Counted from the first letter of the stretch, positions 48,816-59,086 are shown. The stretch: 64,000 bases of DNA from an uncultured Gammaproteobacteria bacterium (GCA_964414795.1 CAYPWV010000004.1:1591-65590), one strand, 5' to 3'. Notes: generated by a model not told the origin, from the sequence alone. Translations and numbers: made by a program.

Positions 48816-49118
48816 TTACGCGATGATTGCCATGACGTCGCTTGCGCTTACTACAAGATACTTTTTTGTTTCTCCTCCGTCCTTTACTTCAACTTCATCC
48901 GGTGCGTATTTTTTGAAAATAATTACATCGCCTACATTCACTTCCATTGCTTCGCGAGATCCATTTTCTAGCATTTTTCCGGGGCCAACGGCAATAACCG
49001 TTCCTCGTTCGGGGCGCTCTTTATCGCCGCTATCGGGCAAAATAATGCCAAATGACGTTACGTGTTCTTTTTCCACTGCTGACACAATTATGTGACTTCC
49101 GAGAGGTTTTAACATCAT
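48816..49118 (-). CDS. groS: Co-chaperonin GroES
   Basis: MLKPL, GIILPD..KERP..G.VIAVGPG. Confidence 0.96.
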   Translation of the reverse strand: MMLKPLGSHIIVSAVEKEHVTSFGIILPDSGDKERPERGTVIAVGPGKMLENGSREAMEVNVGDVIIFKKYAPDEVEVKDGGETKKYLVVSASDVMAIIA

Positions 49119-49159
49119 AAAGTATGGTAAAGAATTTTTTATCCTGATTTTTACAAAAA

Positions 49160-50596
49160 TCATTTTATCTCGTCAAGCACTCCCTGGTCGAGAGTGCTAA
49201 TTCTACTCTGCCCTCCCGCAAAAACAAGAGCAAAAGAAACCGCGGTATAGGCCATTCCGCTCCAAGATGTCCACAGGGCGTGATCGAAGAGAGCGAGGGA
49301 GAAGAGAGTGGTGAAGAGGGGGTAACAGATGGTAGACGGTAGATGGTAGATAGTGAGAGTCGAAAAATGAGACTCAGAAACATCTGTAGTCTGTCGTCTG
49401 CCGTCTGTAGTCTTGATACAAAGGAATATCCATACTCCTAATCCCAGCACTCCACACCCAACTACTCCCACTTCTGCAAGAATCAGCAAAAACACATTAT
49501 GCATCGGCTGGTAGGCCCACGCAGGAAGTGAAGCTCCCTGTACTTGCGCAACGGCCTGAGGATATTCGTATAAGCCCGTGCCAAAAAGACCGTCGCGATA
49601 CATGACTTGCCACCAAGTGCTCATCTGCTCTACGCGCTCTGCAATCGACTGTTGTTCGGTAAATGATTGTCCGCGCAGTGCAAGGATGCTCGGAGAAATA
49701 AATTGCAGCGACCACACGAGAACGGGAAGAAGAAATGCGAGTAAAAGTATTTTTTTATGCTGACGTGAAACTGCATATGCCGCGATGCTTGCACACGCCA
49801 TCGCAAGCGCTGCACTGCGAGATATGCAAAAGAGGACGAGGAGGATGGATGTGATCAAGATAGTTATTTGTAATGAGCTTGGTGCCATCTTGTGTCGGGA
49901 TGACGAGGTAGCTAGAGCTCCAAAAACAAGTGCGATTGCTACGCCAAAAATATTAGGGTGTGGAAATGATCCGTACATGCGCAATATTCTATCGCCATGA
50001 ACCGTAATGATCGCATCTCCAAGATGCGCTGCGTTGCGTGATGCAAGACCAAAAAATGTACTTGCAGGCGACCATCCCGCAATCATCTGCCAAACGCCCA
50101 ATAATAAAACGGGAATAAAACTCGCAAGCAACACTATAACAACACTGCGCACATCTTGTTTTGCGGCTTGATACGTTGCGTATCCAAGAAATATCGCAAA
50201 ACATATATTCAGTATCCAGGCATGGGCGGGGGAAGGATACGTGAGGAAAAAGATGAGGAGAGAAAACAGACAACAGATGGCAGACGGGAGACATGCGTCA
50301 TGCCGGACTTGATCCGGCCTGCCTGTCCGGTAGGCAGGCATCCATCGCATTAAGAAACGATGGATCCCGGGTCGGTGCCCGGGATGACGAATGTGACGAA
50401 CAACCAATCTCCATCCCACTGCCGCACCCAATGCAAGAAGCATGGTGACGTACACGCTGATGACGCCAAATTCAGATTCGGTGGTTCCGACTATAGGTTG
50501 CCAAAAGATGTAGCGCATTTGCCAGGGCAATAAAAAAAGACATGCGAGAGTGAGAAATTTCGGCCATTGTTCTCGTAACAATAAATACCATCTCAT
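49160..50596 (-). CDS. O-antigen ligase (Wzy_C/WaaL) family membrane protein with in-frame repeat insertions
   Basis: RMYGSFPHPN, SRSA, FGTG, QPMHNVFLLILAEVG, LFDH. Confidence 0.85.
   Translation of the reverse strand: MRWYLLLREQWPKFLTLACLFLLPWQMRYIFWQPIVGTTESEFGVISVYVTMLLALGAAVGWRLVVRHIRHPGHRPGIHRFLMRWMPAYRTGRPDQVRHDACLPSAICCLFSLLIFFLTYPSPAHAWILNICFAIFLGYATYQAAKQDVRSVVIVLLASFIPVLLLGVWQMIAGWSPASTFFGLASRNAAHLGDAIITVHGDRILRMYGSFPHPNIFGVAIALVFGALATSSSRHKMAPSSLQITILITSILLVLFCISRSAALAMACASIAAYAVSRQHKKILLLAFLLPVLVWSLQFISPSILALRGQSFTEQQSIAERVEQMSTWWQVMYRDGLFGTGLYEYPQAVAQVQGASLPAWAYQPMHNVFLLILAEVGVVGCGVLGLGVWIFLCIKTTDGRRQTTDVSESHFSTLTIYHLPSTICYPLFTTLFSLALFDHALWTSWSGMAYTAVSFALVFAGGQSRISTLDQGVLDEIK
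49174..49200 (-). promoter_or_regulatory. CIRCE (HrcA operator) overlapping the -35 box of groESL
   Basis: Minus strand TTAGCACTC-N9-GAGTGCTTG running into TTGACG. Lies inside the 3' end of the upstream ORF. Confidence 0.9.
50297..50388. repeat. GTCATnCCGG double palindrome inside a CDS with nested 21-nt hairpin
   Basis: Same family as 45492-45572 and 62683-62783. Translated as RHPGHRPGIHRFLMRWMPAYRTGRPDQVRHD. Confidence 0.88.
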
Positions 50597-51495
50597 AAAC
50601 CTGCTTGCTGCATATGTAAACGTACAAATGCAGAAATTGCCGCACGCCGATCATCATCATGGAACTTGAGTATATGATCGTTGATCACGACATGCGTAGA
50701 CTGATTGCGTTTTGTTTTAATACGCTCCGAAAAAAGCTTTTCCTGTATCCATCGCGCACAAGATTCTGGGAAAAAGAATGGGAGATGCACCACATTTCCT
50801 ACGGTCATGGACGAGACAATGCGAACAAGCTGCACGTGCGGAAGAGTCTCGCGCATCCACGTATTTTCTTTACAAAATTGCTCTCTCAGTGCATCGGATC
50901 CGCCAATCCATGCAAGCGACGTAGCCCAATACGCCAAATACCAATCTTCATCCCCTTCTCGTAGCGATCCGAGCGCAAGTGTCTGGCTATCCACAAAAAA
51001 ACTCAAACACACGGGATCTATTTCAGCCTCCCCCGGTCGCATACGAAACAAACGCAAAGGGAGCATGGCAAATAATCGTGCAGTCCATATTTTCCCTGGA
51101 CGCGTCACGATAAAAAGATCGATATCGCTTCCCCTGTGCGTGAGATGCCATGCTAAAGAGTTACATACCGCAACGCCTACAATGCCCGGAATACGCATAA
51201 GATACGATGCGATACGAAGCGCTTTTGCATGTTTTCTCTGCGCATCGAGATACTTTCTTTCACGTTCCCTTACCCACTGTTCGCACTCTTTCAAACTGAT
51301 ATACAGTCCAAAACGGTCGCTATGCGCACGAATCCAAACGGATTGCGCGATGCAGTCTTCAACTTCATTAAGCGTATAGACACGATCCGGAGCAAGAATC
51401 CATTGATGTGCTTCGCGATACGTGAGGGGAAACTGAAAATAGGCAAAATATGCCAGAGTACGAAAAAGAGCTTTTTCAAGTGCGGTGGGTTCCAT
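50593..51495 (-). CDS. Nucleotidyltransferase-fold conserved protein
   Basis: NSLA...SDIDLFIV...IWTAR. Confidence 0.75.
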   Translation of the reverse strand: MEPTALEKALFRTLAYFAYFQFPLTYREAHQWILAPDRVYTLNEVEDCIAQSVWIRAHSDRFGLYISLKECEQWVRERERKYLDAQRKHAKALRIASYLMRIPGIVGVAVCNSLAWHLTHRGSDIDLFIVTRPGKIWTARLFAMLPLRLFRMRPGEAEIDPVCLSFFVDSQTLALGSLREGDEDWYLAYWATSLAWIGGSDALREQFCKENTWMRETLPHVQLVRIVSSMTVGNVVHLPFFFPESCARWIQEKLFSERIKTKRNQSTHVVINDHILKFHDDDRRAAISAFVRLHMQQAGL

Positions 51496-51524
51496 ACCCC
51501 TATCCTACCAAGACCTACCATTTT

Positions 51525-52547
51525 CTACGACTTATCCATTTTAGTACGTCGGTCGCGACCGACGTACACAGATCCTTCACGAATTCCGTGCAGTGCACCA
51601 ATAGTAATGAAAATGAAATCGCGTAAACGAATGATCATCGTAAATGCAATTGCGGGAGTGCCTATACCAAGTGCGACTAACATCGCGGTCATACTTGCTT
51701 CAAAAAGGCCTAATCCTCCCGGAACAGGGATAAAAAGCACAAGACCTGGGATGGTGCTTAACAAAATCGCTTCTGAAAAAGTAATCGACTGACCAAAGCA
51801 AAAGGCAATAAACCCCATTTCCACCGCACGAAATCCTGTCATCATGAGCGAAAGTACAATGACCACCACAAGCGTGTGCGATCGTCCTGCAAAAAAATGC
51901 GTCATAGCTCCTTCAACTTCTAAGAGCCATTCCGCGAGTACCTCTATTTTTTTATGCTTTTTAAAAAAAGGACGCTGTAAAAAGGCGTGAAACACATTCC
52001 ATCCTTTTGCAACCGACACGAAAAACAACGTCATTAACGTTACAAAAACTCCAAGAATAATATATGCTGCAACGCCAAATGTGCCTGCACCCACGCCTGT
52101 AGAAAGCGCGAGTACCATGCCGAGCGTTACGTATAACAGAAATGCAGAAATTTCGAATGCCAAGTCGAGCACTACGGAACTTGTTGCGGTGTTTGTGGAG
52201 ATTCCGTCATGCGCAAGAAGGGCGACACGCACTGGCTCCCCTGCTACCTGGGCAGCAGGCGTAAGATAGCCCATTGCAAATCCACTCATGCGATGCAAGA
52301 ATAAACGGAAATAGGAGATATGTACTTCTTTTTGCATTTCTCCCAAAATAATCTTCCACCGAAGCGTATACAGTCCAAAATTCAGGAGCGAAATGCACAC
52401 GAAGAAACAAAACGGGAGTAAACCAAATTGCGTGAGCTCTTTCCATGTTAATACAATTCCTGCTTTCCACACCAAAAAAACAAAAAGCGCCCCGCCAAGA
52501 AACGTTGCAAAAATGGCTGCTACGATATGGTAGGTGCGCTCTTGCAT
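51525..52547 (-). CDS. Lysylphosphatidylglycerol synthase TM / flippase-like protein
   Basis: RW..I, TPAAQVAGEPVR, PVPGGLGLFE. Confidence 0.88.
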   Translation of the reverse strand: MQERTYHIVAAIFATFLGGALFVFLVWKAGIVLTWKELTQFGLLPFCFFVCISLLNFGLYTLRWKIILGEMQKEVHISYFRLFLHRMSGFAMGYLTPAAQVAGEPVRVALLAHDGISTNTATSSVVLDLAFEISAFLLYVTLGMVLALSTGVGAGTFGVAAYIILGVFVTLMTLFFVSVAKGWNVFHAFLQRPFFKKHKKIEVLAEWLLEVEGAMTHFFAGRSHTLVVVIVLSLMMTGFRAVEMGFIAFCFGQSITFSEAILLSTIPGLVLFIPVPGGLGLFEASMTAMLVALGIGTPAIAFTMIIRLRDFIFITIGALHGIREGSVYVGRDRRTKMDKS

Positions 52548-52551
52548 GGAT

Positions 52552-53304
52552 TTACGTAAGAGTAAGAGGAGGTGTTTTCTTTATACGAGGCTTTCCTAAA
52601 AAGACTGCGTACATCAGATACGTGAGTACCGTACTCATAATAATATACATCGTAAGTCCTGCGGGAAGTGTCGTTGCACCCAAGATAAGCATCATAACCG
52701 GAAGTGCATAGAGCATGCTCTTGTTCATCGCCGCCGCCATGTCTTCATCAAGCGAGGCGGCACCTTCGCGAGCTACTTTTGGTGGACGTTGCGTAACCAT
52801 TTGCCGGGCTTGAATATACTGCGTAACACCCGCAATAATACCAAGAAGTGGAGATACCACACGCAAATCCATACCCAAAAAAAATGCACTCATCGTTCCG
52901 GGGTTATGCACAAAGCCATAGAGAGCTCCTGCATTCACCTCTCCAAGCCCTGCAGAAAGCACTTGGTAAAGCGCAATAAAAATAAACATCTGCACAATTG
53001 CCGGCAAACAGGATGCAAACGGATTCACTTTATGCACCTTGTACACTTCCATGAGCTCCTTTGCCATGGCTTCCTTATTGTCCTTCAAACGCTCACGAAT
53101 TTCAGCAATTTTTGGCTGAATTTCTTGCATTTCTTTTTGTGCCTTGAGTGATTTATACGTAAGCGGAAGAACAAGGGCTTTAACCAAAATAGTAACAAAA
53201 ATAATGGCAAGACCCAGCCCTCCCCACGCAGGAAGAAAATCGTACACCGCAACAAGAAGATTATAGAGCGGCTGATAAAGAACGATGTAGAAAAGATTTC
53301 CCAT
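52552..53304 (-). CDS. yidC: Membrane protein insertase YidC/Oxa1
   Basis: GLAII..TILVK, MQEIQPK, NPFASCLP..VQM.IFIALY. Confidence 0.92.
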   Translation of the reverse strand: MGNLFYIVLYQPLYNLLVAVYDFLPAWGGLGLAIIFVTILVKALVLPLTYKSLKAQKEMQEIQPKIAEIRERLKDNKEAMAKELMEVYKVHKVNPFASCLPAIVQMFIFIALYQVLSAGLGEVNAGALYGFVHNPGTMSAFFLGMDLRVVSPLLGIIAGVTQYIQARQMVTQRPPKVAREGAASLDEDMAAAMNKSMLYALPVMMLILGATTLPAGLTMYIIMSTVLTYLMYAVFLGKPRIKKTPPLTLT

Positions 53305-53307
53305 AGA

Positions 53308-54576
53308 TTATGCTGCATCTGTTGAATTCTCATCAAGAACCTCGGGTGTTTCGAGGGAAACTTCGTCCGTGCTTGATACTTCTTCTGACGCAGAATCTTC
53401 GGCTGTAGTTGCAGGTTCAACCACCACACCTTCTTCTAAGATATTAATTTTCCAGCCCGTCAACCGAGCTGCCAAGCGTACATTTTGTCCTCCACGACCA
53501 ATAGCAAGAGAAAGTTGTTCTGTTGCTACTTTTACGGTTGCAACGCGTTCTTCTTGATTAAGATCTAGCGAAATAATTTTCGCAGGAGCAAGCGCTTGAG
53601 TGATGAAGTGCGTAGGATCATCATTCCATTCAATAATATCAATCTTTTCTCCCGAAAGTTCAGCGATAATGGTTTGAATGCGCGTTCCCCGCTGACCGAT
53701 ACATGCACCGATAGGATCCACACGAGGATCGCGCGAAGACACGGCAATTTTTGTACGAGATCCTGCCTCACGTGCAATGCCACGAATTTCTACTGCGCCT
53801 TCGCTTATTTCGGGAATTTCTGTTTCAAAAAGCTTTTGCACGAGCATTTCGTGCGTACGAGAGAGCAAAATCTGTGGACCACGTTGACCCAACGATACCT
53901 CTCGCACATACACTTGCACGCGATCTCCCGAGCGATACCGATCGGTGGTCATTTGATCTTCTGGGCGCAAAATTCCTGCGGTGCGACCAATATCCACTAA
54001 CACAATGCGACCTTCGCGGCGCTGGACGGTTCCGGTAATCACGGTTCCCTCAATATCTTTGTATTCATTGAAGATAATTTCTCGCTCAGCCTCGCGGAGC
54101 TTTTGCATAATGACCTGCTTTGCGGTCATGGCTGCCATGCGACCAAATTCTCCCGGCAAAGGCAGTTCGCGGCGCAACGTTTCGCCAAGGGCTACACTCA
54201 TCTTCAATACCCGTGCATCAGAAATCATGATGTCGGTTTTTGGATTAAATACCGGCCCGCTTTCCGAAGGAAGATCTTCGGGGATAACCTCTCCCGCAAT
54301 ACGACGTGCTTCACGAAGTGAAGACGCTTCCGCTTCTTTTTGACGAATTTCTTCAAGCTCCTCGGGAGAAATATCTTCAACAACGGTTTTTACATCAAAT
54401 ACGCGAACACCTCCCGTTTCGGGATCAAATTGCGCTTCGAGATTGTGATATTTATCACCAAAATCTTTGCGATACGCTGCAGCAAGTGCGGCTTCAATAG
54501 TTGAAAGTACCGATTCGTACGCTAAACCTTTTTCCTCACAAATTTGACGCATGGCTTGTTCGATTGCAGAAGACAT
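53308..54576 (-). CDS. nusA: Transcription termination/antitermination factor NusA
   Basis: FGRMAA.TAKQVI.QK, S1/KH domains, AIGRGGQNVRLA. Confidence 0.97.
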   Translation of the reverse strand: MSSAIEQAMRQICEEKGLAYESVLSTIEAALAAAYRKDFGDKYHNLEAQFDPETGGVRVFDVKTVVEDISPEELEEIRQKEAEASSLREARRIAGEVIPEDLPSESGPVFNPKTDIMISDARVLKMSVALGETLRRELPLPGEFGRMAAMTAKQVIMQKLREAEREIIFNEYKDIEGTVITGTVQRREGRIVLVDIGRTAGILRPEDQMTTDRYRSGDRVQVYVREVSLGQRGPQILLSRTHEMLVQKLFETEIPEISEGAVEIRGIAREAGSRTKIAVSSRDPRVDPIGACIGQRGTRIQTIIAELSGEKIDIIEWNDDPTHFITQALAPAKIISLDLNQEERVATVKVATEQLSLAIGRGGQNVRLAARLTGWKINILEEGVVVEPATTAEDSASEEVSSTDEVSLETPEVLDENSTDAA

Positions 54577-54621
54577 AAGTGAAAAGTTTGAAGTTGATAG
54601 TTAATAGTTTGAAGTGATTGG
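54577..54621. repeat. Solo arm of the heptamer-armed element upstream of nusA
   Basis: AAAGTTT GAAGTTG ATAGTTA ATAGTTT GAAGTGA TTGG. Confidence 0.75.
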
Positions 54622-54704
54622 TATCCTTCTTTCTAAACGAATGACCTGGCGGAACAGCCAGGTCAGATATATGCAGAATACCTTATGATGTTCAGGAACG
54701 CAAG

Positions 54705-55067
54705 CTAGCCTACAGACGGAAAATGCTGCAAGAAAATAGGCTTTTGCGGAAACATATCCAGCGCAATAACGTCAATGCGATATCGGATATTCTTTGTACC
54801 GAGAGTGCGAAGATATGCGTACAATGTGCGCGTTATTTTTCTGATTTTATACGGCGTTACCGCTTGCTCGGGAGTTCCGTACGTGTGTGAACGTCGCGCC
54901 TTTACTTCAATAAATACCCAAATCCCTTTTGGATCTTTTGCGATGATATCGATTTCACCTAAACGTGTTCTAAACTGCCTTGCAACAATCTTCCATCCTA
55001 ACCGTTCAAGATACTGCGCTGCATATTCTTCCGCCCATGTTCCTTGCATTTGTTTTGTACTTGGCAT
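54705..55067 (-). CDS. YraN-family PD-(D/E)XK protein
   Basis: GEIDIIA, VFIEVKAR, RIDV. Confidence 0.92.
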   Translation of the reverse strand: MPSTKQMQGTWAEEYAAQYLERLGWKIVARQFRTRLGEIDIIAKDPKGIWVFIEVKARRSHTYGTPEQAVTPYKIRKITRTLYAYLRTLGTKNIRYRIDVIALDMFPQKPIFLQHFPSVG

Positions 55068-55132
55068 AAAAGAAAAAACTCACCGAGTGGGGAGTTTTTT
55101 CGGGCAATACCTGTAATGTAGCACATTTTTTT

Positions 55133-55552
55133 CTACCGAGCGCGACGAGGAATGTATTTATGTTGCGCAATGCTTGTATTGCGACGCAACCGCTCTTCGG
55201 GCATTTCTCTTTTATAGTGAATAAAGAGCTTTCTTCCTGCATACACTATCCCCAACATCCAGAACAAAAACCAAAAACGAGAACCGAAGAACGAAATTTC
55301 TTCAAACGAAAAGAAGAGCCAAAAGAAACCGAGGATGCCCCACGTTATGGTTTTTCCGGTAAAATCTGCGAGAAAGTTTTTCATCGCTTTATCTACTTCG
55401 GCATTTCTTTTTGCAATGCGTGCAAGCATTGCTGCAATAATCATTCCCGAAAAAAGAACAAAAAAAGTAACGTTAAACACATGTCCCATCCGCACGGGAG
55501 TCATATCAAACCAAAAGGAGAAATCGAGAATGTTTAACATAGTTGCGTGCAT
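55133..55552 (-). CDS. Hypothetical membrane protein (start uncertain)
   Basis: Three hydrophobic segments, SRFW, C-terminal KYIP. Confidence 0.65.
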   Translation of the reverse strand: MHATMLNILDFSFWFDMTPVRMGHVFNVTFFVLFSGMIIAAMLARIAKRNAEVDKAMKNFLADFTGKTITWGILGFFWLFFSFEEISFFGSRFWFLFWMLGIVYAGRKLFIHYKREMPEERLRRNTSIAQHKYIPRRAR

Positions 55553-55575
55553 GGTAACGAAGCGCTCCGTGTTCG

Positions 55576-56118
55576 TCAAAACGCTTGGTACACCCGTGCC
55601 CAATGCCACGGCGTCACCTGTACGCGCTCAACTGCACGCAGTCCGGTATGCGCAAGCATAACATCGAGCTTTTTTGGATCGATACGAAAATCCCACCGCG
55701 GAGCAAGCACATGAGCGCCTTCGGGCGACCAATCTACCACCACAATTTTTCCTTCTTTTCCCAAACTTCGCGCAATGCGTAAAAACGTTTCTCCATGATT
55801 TTTAAACATCCATGCGGTGTTTACCACAAATACTACATCAACATCTGCAAGAGGAATTTCGTGTTCACCTTCAATATCCATCCACAAAAAATCTACATGA
55901 TGGAGCAAATACTGCCGACGCAAACCTTCAAGCATCTCAAGCGTATCGTGCGCAATATCTAATCCCACCACTTTTCCTTTTGCTCCTACGCGTGTTGCCG
56001 CAGGAAAAAGCACATGACCCGTACGCCCTGGCCCAATATCAAGCACGCACTGCCCTTCTTCAAGCCCGGCAATATCAAGAAGCACTTGTGTAGGAAGAAA
56101 TGCAGATCCTGCGCGCAT
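55576..56118 (-). CDS. Class I SAM-dependent methyltransferase-like protein
   Basis: VLDIGPGRTG, GKVVGLDI, IVVVDW. Confidence 0.82.
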   Translation of the reverse strand: MRAGSAFLPTQVLLDIAGLEEGQCVLDIGPGRTGHVLFPAATRVGAKGKVVGLDIAHDTLEMLEGLRRQYLLHHVDFLWMDIEGEHEIPLADVDVVFVVNTAWMFKNHGETFLRIARSLGKEGKIVVVDWSPEGAHVLAPRWDFRIDPKKLDVMLAHTGLRAVERVQVTPWHWARVYQAF

Positions 56119-56120
56119 AG

Positions 56121-56366
56121 TTACACACTAAAAACTGACCGAACAAATCCACCCACAATAATTTCAAACAGGTTCGTCATAATCATCACGCCAATAATGA
56201 TAATTCCTACACCAAGTAATTTATAAAATGTTGTTGTGCCTCCTCCGCCAAACGTACGATCGGCCCAGGGCACTGAGCCTAACAGCTCGTAAAAAAATCT
56301 CGTTTTCCATACAAAGCAAAAACCTACAAAGCCGATAACCATTCCAAGAAGAATACGCGTGAGCAT
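56121..56366 (-). CDS. Small conserved-looking membrane protein
   Basis: 81 aa with G.VPWAD..FGGGGT..FYKLLG. Confidence 0.75.
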   Translation of the reverse strand: MLTRILLGMVIGFVGFCFVWKTRFFYELLGSVPWADRTFGGGGTTTFYKLLGVGIIIIGVMIMTNLFEIIVGGFVRSVFSV

Positions 56367-56427
56367 AGAGTATTCGCAGTATACAACAAAAAAACCTCAA
56401 AACTCTTCAAGAGTAATGAGGATTTTT

Positions 56428-56504
56428 TGGTGGACGCTGAGGGATTCGAACCCGCGACCCTCTCGGTGTAAACGAGATGCTCTAACCAGCTGAGCTAAGC
56501 GTCC
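56428..56504 (-). tRNA. tRNA-Val(TAC)
   Basis: GGACGCT...TCTCG-TTTACAC-CGAGA...TTCGAAT...AGCGTCC ACCA. Confidence 0.96.
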
Positions 56505-56596
56505 TTACTGTTGGGAACGAAAAAGAGAATACAACATCCTTTTGGTCTTGCCAAGGGTTTCATCCTTTAGTATTCTTTCCCGGCTTACAGAAACCT

Positions 56597-56683
56597 GCGG
56601 ACGTGGCGGAATTGGTATACGCGCTAGCTTGAGGGGCTAGTGCCAGCAATGGCTTGAGGGTTCGAGTCCCTCCGTCCGCACCA
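56597..56683 (+). tRNA. tRNA-Leu(GAG)
   Basis: GCGGACG...CTAGC-TTGAGGG-GCTAG, long variable arm, TTCGAGT, ACCA. Confidence 0.96.
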
Positions 56684-56765
56684 GAAAAAGCTCAACTTCG
56701 GTTGAGTCTTTTTTGTTGAAAAAATAATTGTTTTCAAATCCCTTCCCTGGTATGCTTTTCTCACT

Positions 56766-57428
56766 ATGTCTTTTGGACTTTCTCGCGGTTTCCGCTTTGG
56801 GCTGTACGGTATTGCGGTTTTTATTCTTGCGGCAAGTATGTATGCCCTGGCAAAACCTTCGGTAAGCGGAAGTGTTCCTCCGGTTTCTGAAGCCGATCAC
56901 GCACGGGGCGGCACAAGCGCCCCAGTAACGCTTATTGAATATTCAGATTTTCAATGCCCTGCATGTGCGGCATTTGAACCGCTTCTTGCAAACGTCCTCA
57001 CAGTCTATGGAGATAATCTCCAGGTTGTTTATCGCCACTTCCCCCTCTTCACTATCCATGCAAATGCCGAAGAAGCTGCCTATGCATCCGAAGCAGCTGC
57101 ACAGCAGGGAAAGTTCTGGGAAATGCACGACCTTCTCCTTGATCGCCAGGCTGACTGGGAAAATCTTGCAGACACTACAGATATGTTTGTCGCATATGCG
57201 GATATTCTTGGGTTAAATGTTGAACAATTTAAAACCGATCTTACCAGTGATGTGGTAAAAGATCGTGTAAAGGTTGATGTAAAATCCGCAAACGCAGCGA
57301 ATATCAACTCAACTCCAACATTCTATCTCAACGGAACTGCGCTTTCTTTTCCAAAGACAGAAAGCCCTGAAGTGTATTTAAGGGCACAGATTGACGCTGT
57401 ACTTGCTGCAACACAACCAACGCCGTAA
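56766..57428 (+). CDS. DsbA-family thiol-disulfide oxidoreductase
   Basis: EYSDFQCPAC, YRHFPL, GKFWEMHD, STPTF. Confidence 0.93.
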   Translation: MSFGLSRGFRFGLYGIAVFILAASMYALAKPSVSGSVPPVSEADHARGGTSAPVTLIEYSDFQCPACAAFEPLLANVLTVYGDNLQVVYRHFPLFTIHANAEEAAYASEAAAQQGKFWEMHDLLLDRQADWENLADTTDMFVAYADILGLNVEQFKTDLTSDVVKDRVKVDVKSANAANINSTPTFYLNGTALSFPKTESPEVYLRAQIDAVLAATQPTP

Positions 57429-57430
57429 AT

Positions 57431-57524
57431 GTACGGGCGGATCAACGTATCCGCCCCCGAATTCTCGTCTTAATACTTCATTTTCACGATCTCATTATGA
57501 GACGCCATAACATGGCGTCTCTAC
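57431..57524. repeat. Pair of REP-like hairpins
   Basis: GTACGGGCGGAT..ATCCGCCC (related to about 42343-42369 and 44320-44343) and GAGACGCCAT-AAC-ATGGCGTCTCTAC (57499-57524). Confidence 0.75.
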
Positions 57525-57531
57525 GCCCTCT

Positions 57532-57963
57532 ATGCTTCCAAAATGGACTCCTGTTATCGCTCTTCTTGCATTTATTGGTCTTGCCGATGCTCTTTACCTT
57601 ACCTTGAGTCACTATTTCGGCATTCCTCTTGCATGTGGTCCCTTTTCGGGATGCGAAACGGTAACGTCGAGTGCGTATTCTGTAATATATGGCGTTCCTG
57701 TTGCTCTTGGCGGTGTATTTTATTACACGGCAATGTTCTTTGGCATCCTATTTGCGTGGGAATACAAATCAGTCACGTATTTTAGATATCTGTGTCTTTT
57801 CTCCGTGTGCGGAGTGCTCGCTTCTGGATGGTTTGTATTTGTGATGGCGTTTTTGCTCCACGCGTGGTGTACCTACTGTCTTATTTCCGCAACCACGTCG
57901 ACATTACTGTTTATAACGTGCATGTACGGACGATATGTCACGAAACCGAATATTATTGCCTAG
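57532..57963 (+). CDS. Vitamin K epoxide reductase (VKOR) family protein
   Basis: C..FSGC..V.SS.YS..GVPVA..G and WCTYC. Adjacent to DsbA. Confidence 0.92.
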   Translation: MLPKWTPVIALLAFIGLADALYLTLSHYFGIPLACGPFSGCETVTSSAYSVIYGVPVALGGVFYYTAMFFGILFAWEYKSVTYFRYLCLFSVCGVLASGWFVFVMAFLLHAWCTYCLISATTSTLLFITCMYGRYVTKPNIIA

Positions 57964-58058
57964 CCCAAACGTCCATACTGCGCAGTGAAAAGAGAGGGGG
58001 TAATTTCGAGATGTAAAATAAAAAGCTACAAAAAAATCTCTCCTTAAACGGAGAGATT

Positions 58059-58802
58059 TTAAATGACGAACTTCCGTTCACGGCCGGTGATGACGCGCAG
58101 GCGCGCGGGGAGGGTGCGGAAGGAAAATTCTTGGGCGATGATTTTTTTTCCGTCGGCTTGAAGGGTTACTTGTTTTGGTGCGTAGACGCGCATGTTGGCA
58201 ACGTGCACTTTTCCTACGTCGTGCTTTTTTCCAAAAAGGGATAAACGAGCAAGACGGGTTACGAGCGTTAACTTTCCGTCGGTTGGGCTTACCACGCCTA
58301 CATCCGGCACTTCGGCGGAAAGATTAATATACGAAAATTGTGTTCGGCGTTTTACCGAAAGCGTGTAGCGGTCATCGCACGAAACCACACACCCTGTTCC
58401 GTCCATCGTTGCCTCGTGCAAAAACCGATGACCATTCACCTCGCCCATATCAATATCCTCAACCAAACGCGCAGAAAGAATGTCGCACGCTGCAACGCCC
58501 TGAGGAACGCCCAAAAGTTCTGCAAACGGATTGTCTGGAGTGATGGGAATGTAGCCCACCACGGTGCGCGTTTCTTCAACGGCATTGAGCACTTTTTCGA
58601 GCGTTGCATCGTTTCCTACTGCGACGATCGTTTTGATGCCTTTGCGAATTTCTTGGTGCAACACTTGCTGTACATCGCGAAAAAAAGCAAGCCGGACAAT
58701 GTTGCCGGTAATGCCAAGATCGGTAAGGCGCGTTTCTATGAGACTAATATCTCGCTCGTACCGCCGATCCTGAAGAAAATCATCGTAAACGTAGATGTAC
58801 AT
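58059..58802 (-). CDS. Diacylglycerol-kinase catalytic-domain-like protein
   Basis: IVAVGNDAT, GYIPI..N.FA..LG, IDMGEVN, QADG. Confidence 0.8.
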   Translation of the reverse strand: MYIYVYDDFLQDRRYERDISLIETRLTDLGITGNIVRLAFFRDVQQVLHQEIRKGIKTIVAVGNDATLEKVLNAVEETRTVVGYIPITPDNPFAELLGVPQGVAACDILSARLVEDIDMGEVNGHRFLHEATMDGTGCVVSCDDRYTLSVKRRTQFSYINLSAEVPDVGVVSPTDGKLTLVTRLARLSLFGKKHDVGKVHVANMRVYAPKQVTLQADGKKIIAQEFSFRTLPARLRVITGRERKFVI

Positions 58803-58804
58803 GG

Positions 58805-59086
58805 GGGAAGTTGGAAGTTTGTAGTTGTTAGTTTGAAGTGAGTGGATGTTGTTTTGAGTAGGATCCTGAGCTCTGCGAAGGATCTATCGGACAACTAAGA
58901 GAGTCTTCTCATAAATGGGTTTCTCTAGATCCTTCCCTTCGGAGGACCTCAGGGCGCCGCGCAGAGCTCAGGATCTTGTGACCTGGAAGTTCCTTCGGTC
59001 GACTTGAAATCTCCCTCAGGATGACACACTAACCTAAAAGCCTTCCTTTCACTTCAAACTCTTAACTAAAAACTTCAAACTCTCAC
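58805..59086. repeat. Composite heptamer-armed element (copy E)
   Basis: AGTTTGAAGTGA (58830-41) and TCACTTCAAACT (59049-60). The internal GGATCCTGAGC module is inverted relative to copy D. Confidence 0.85.
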
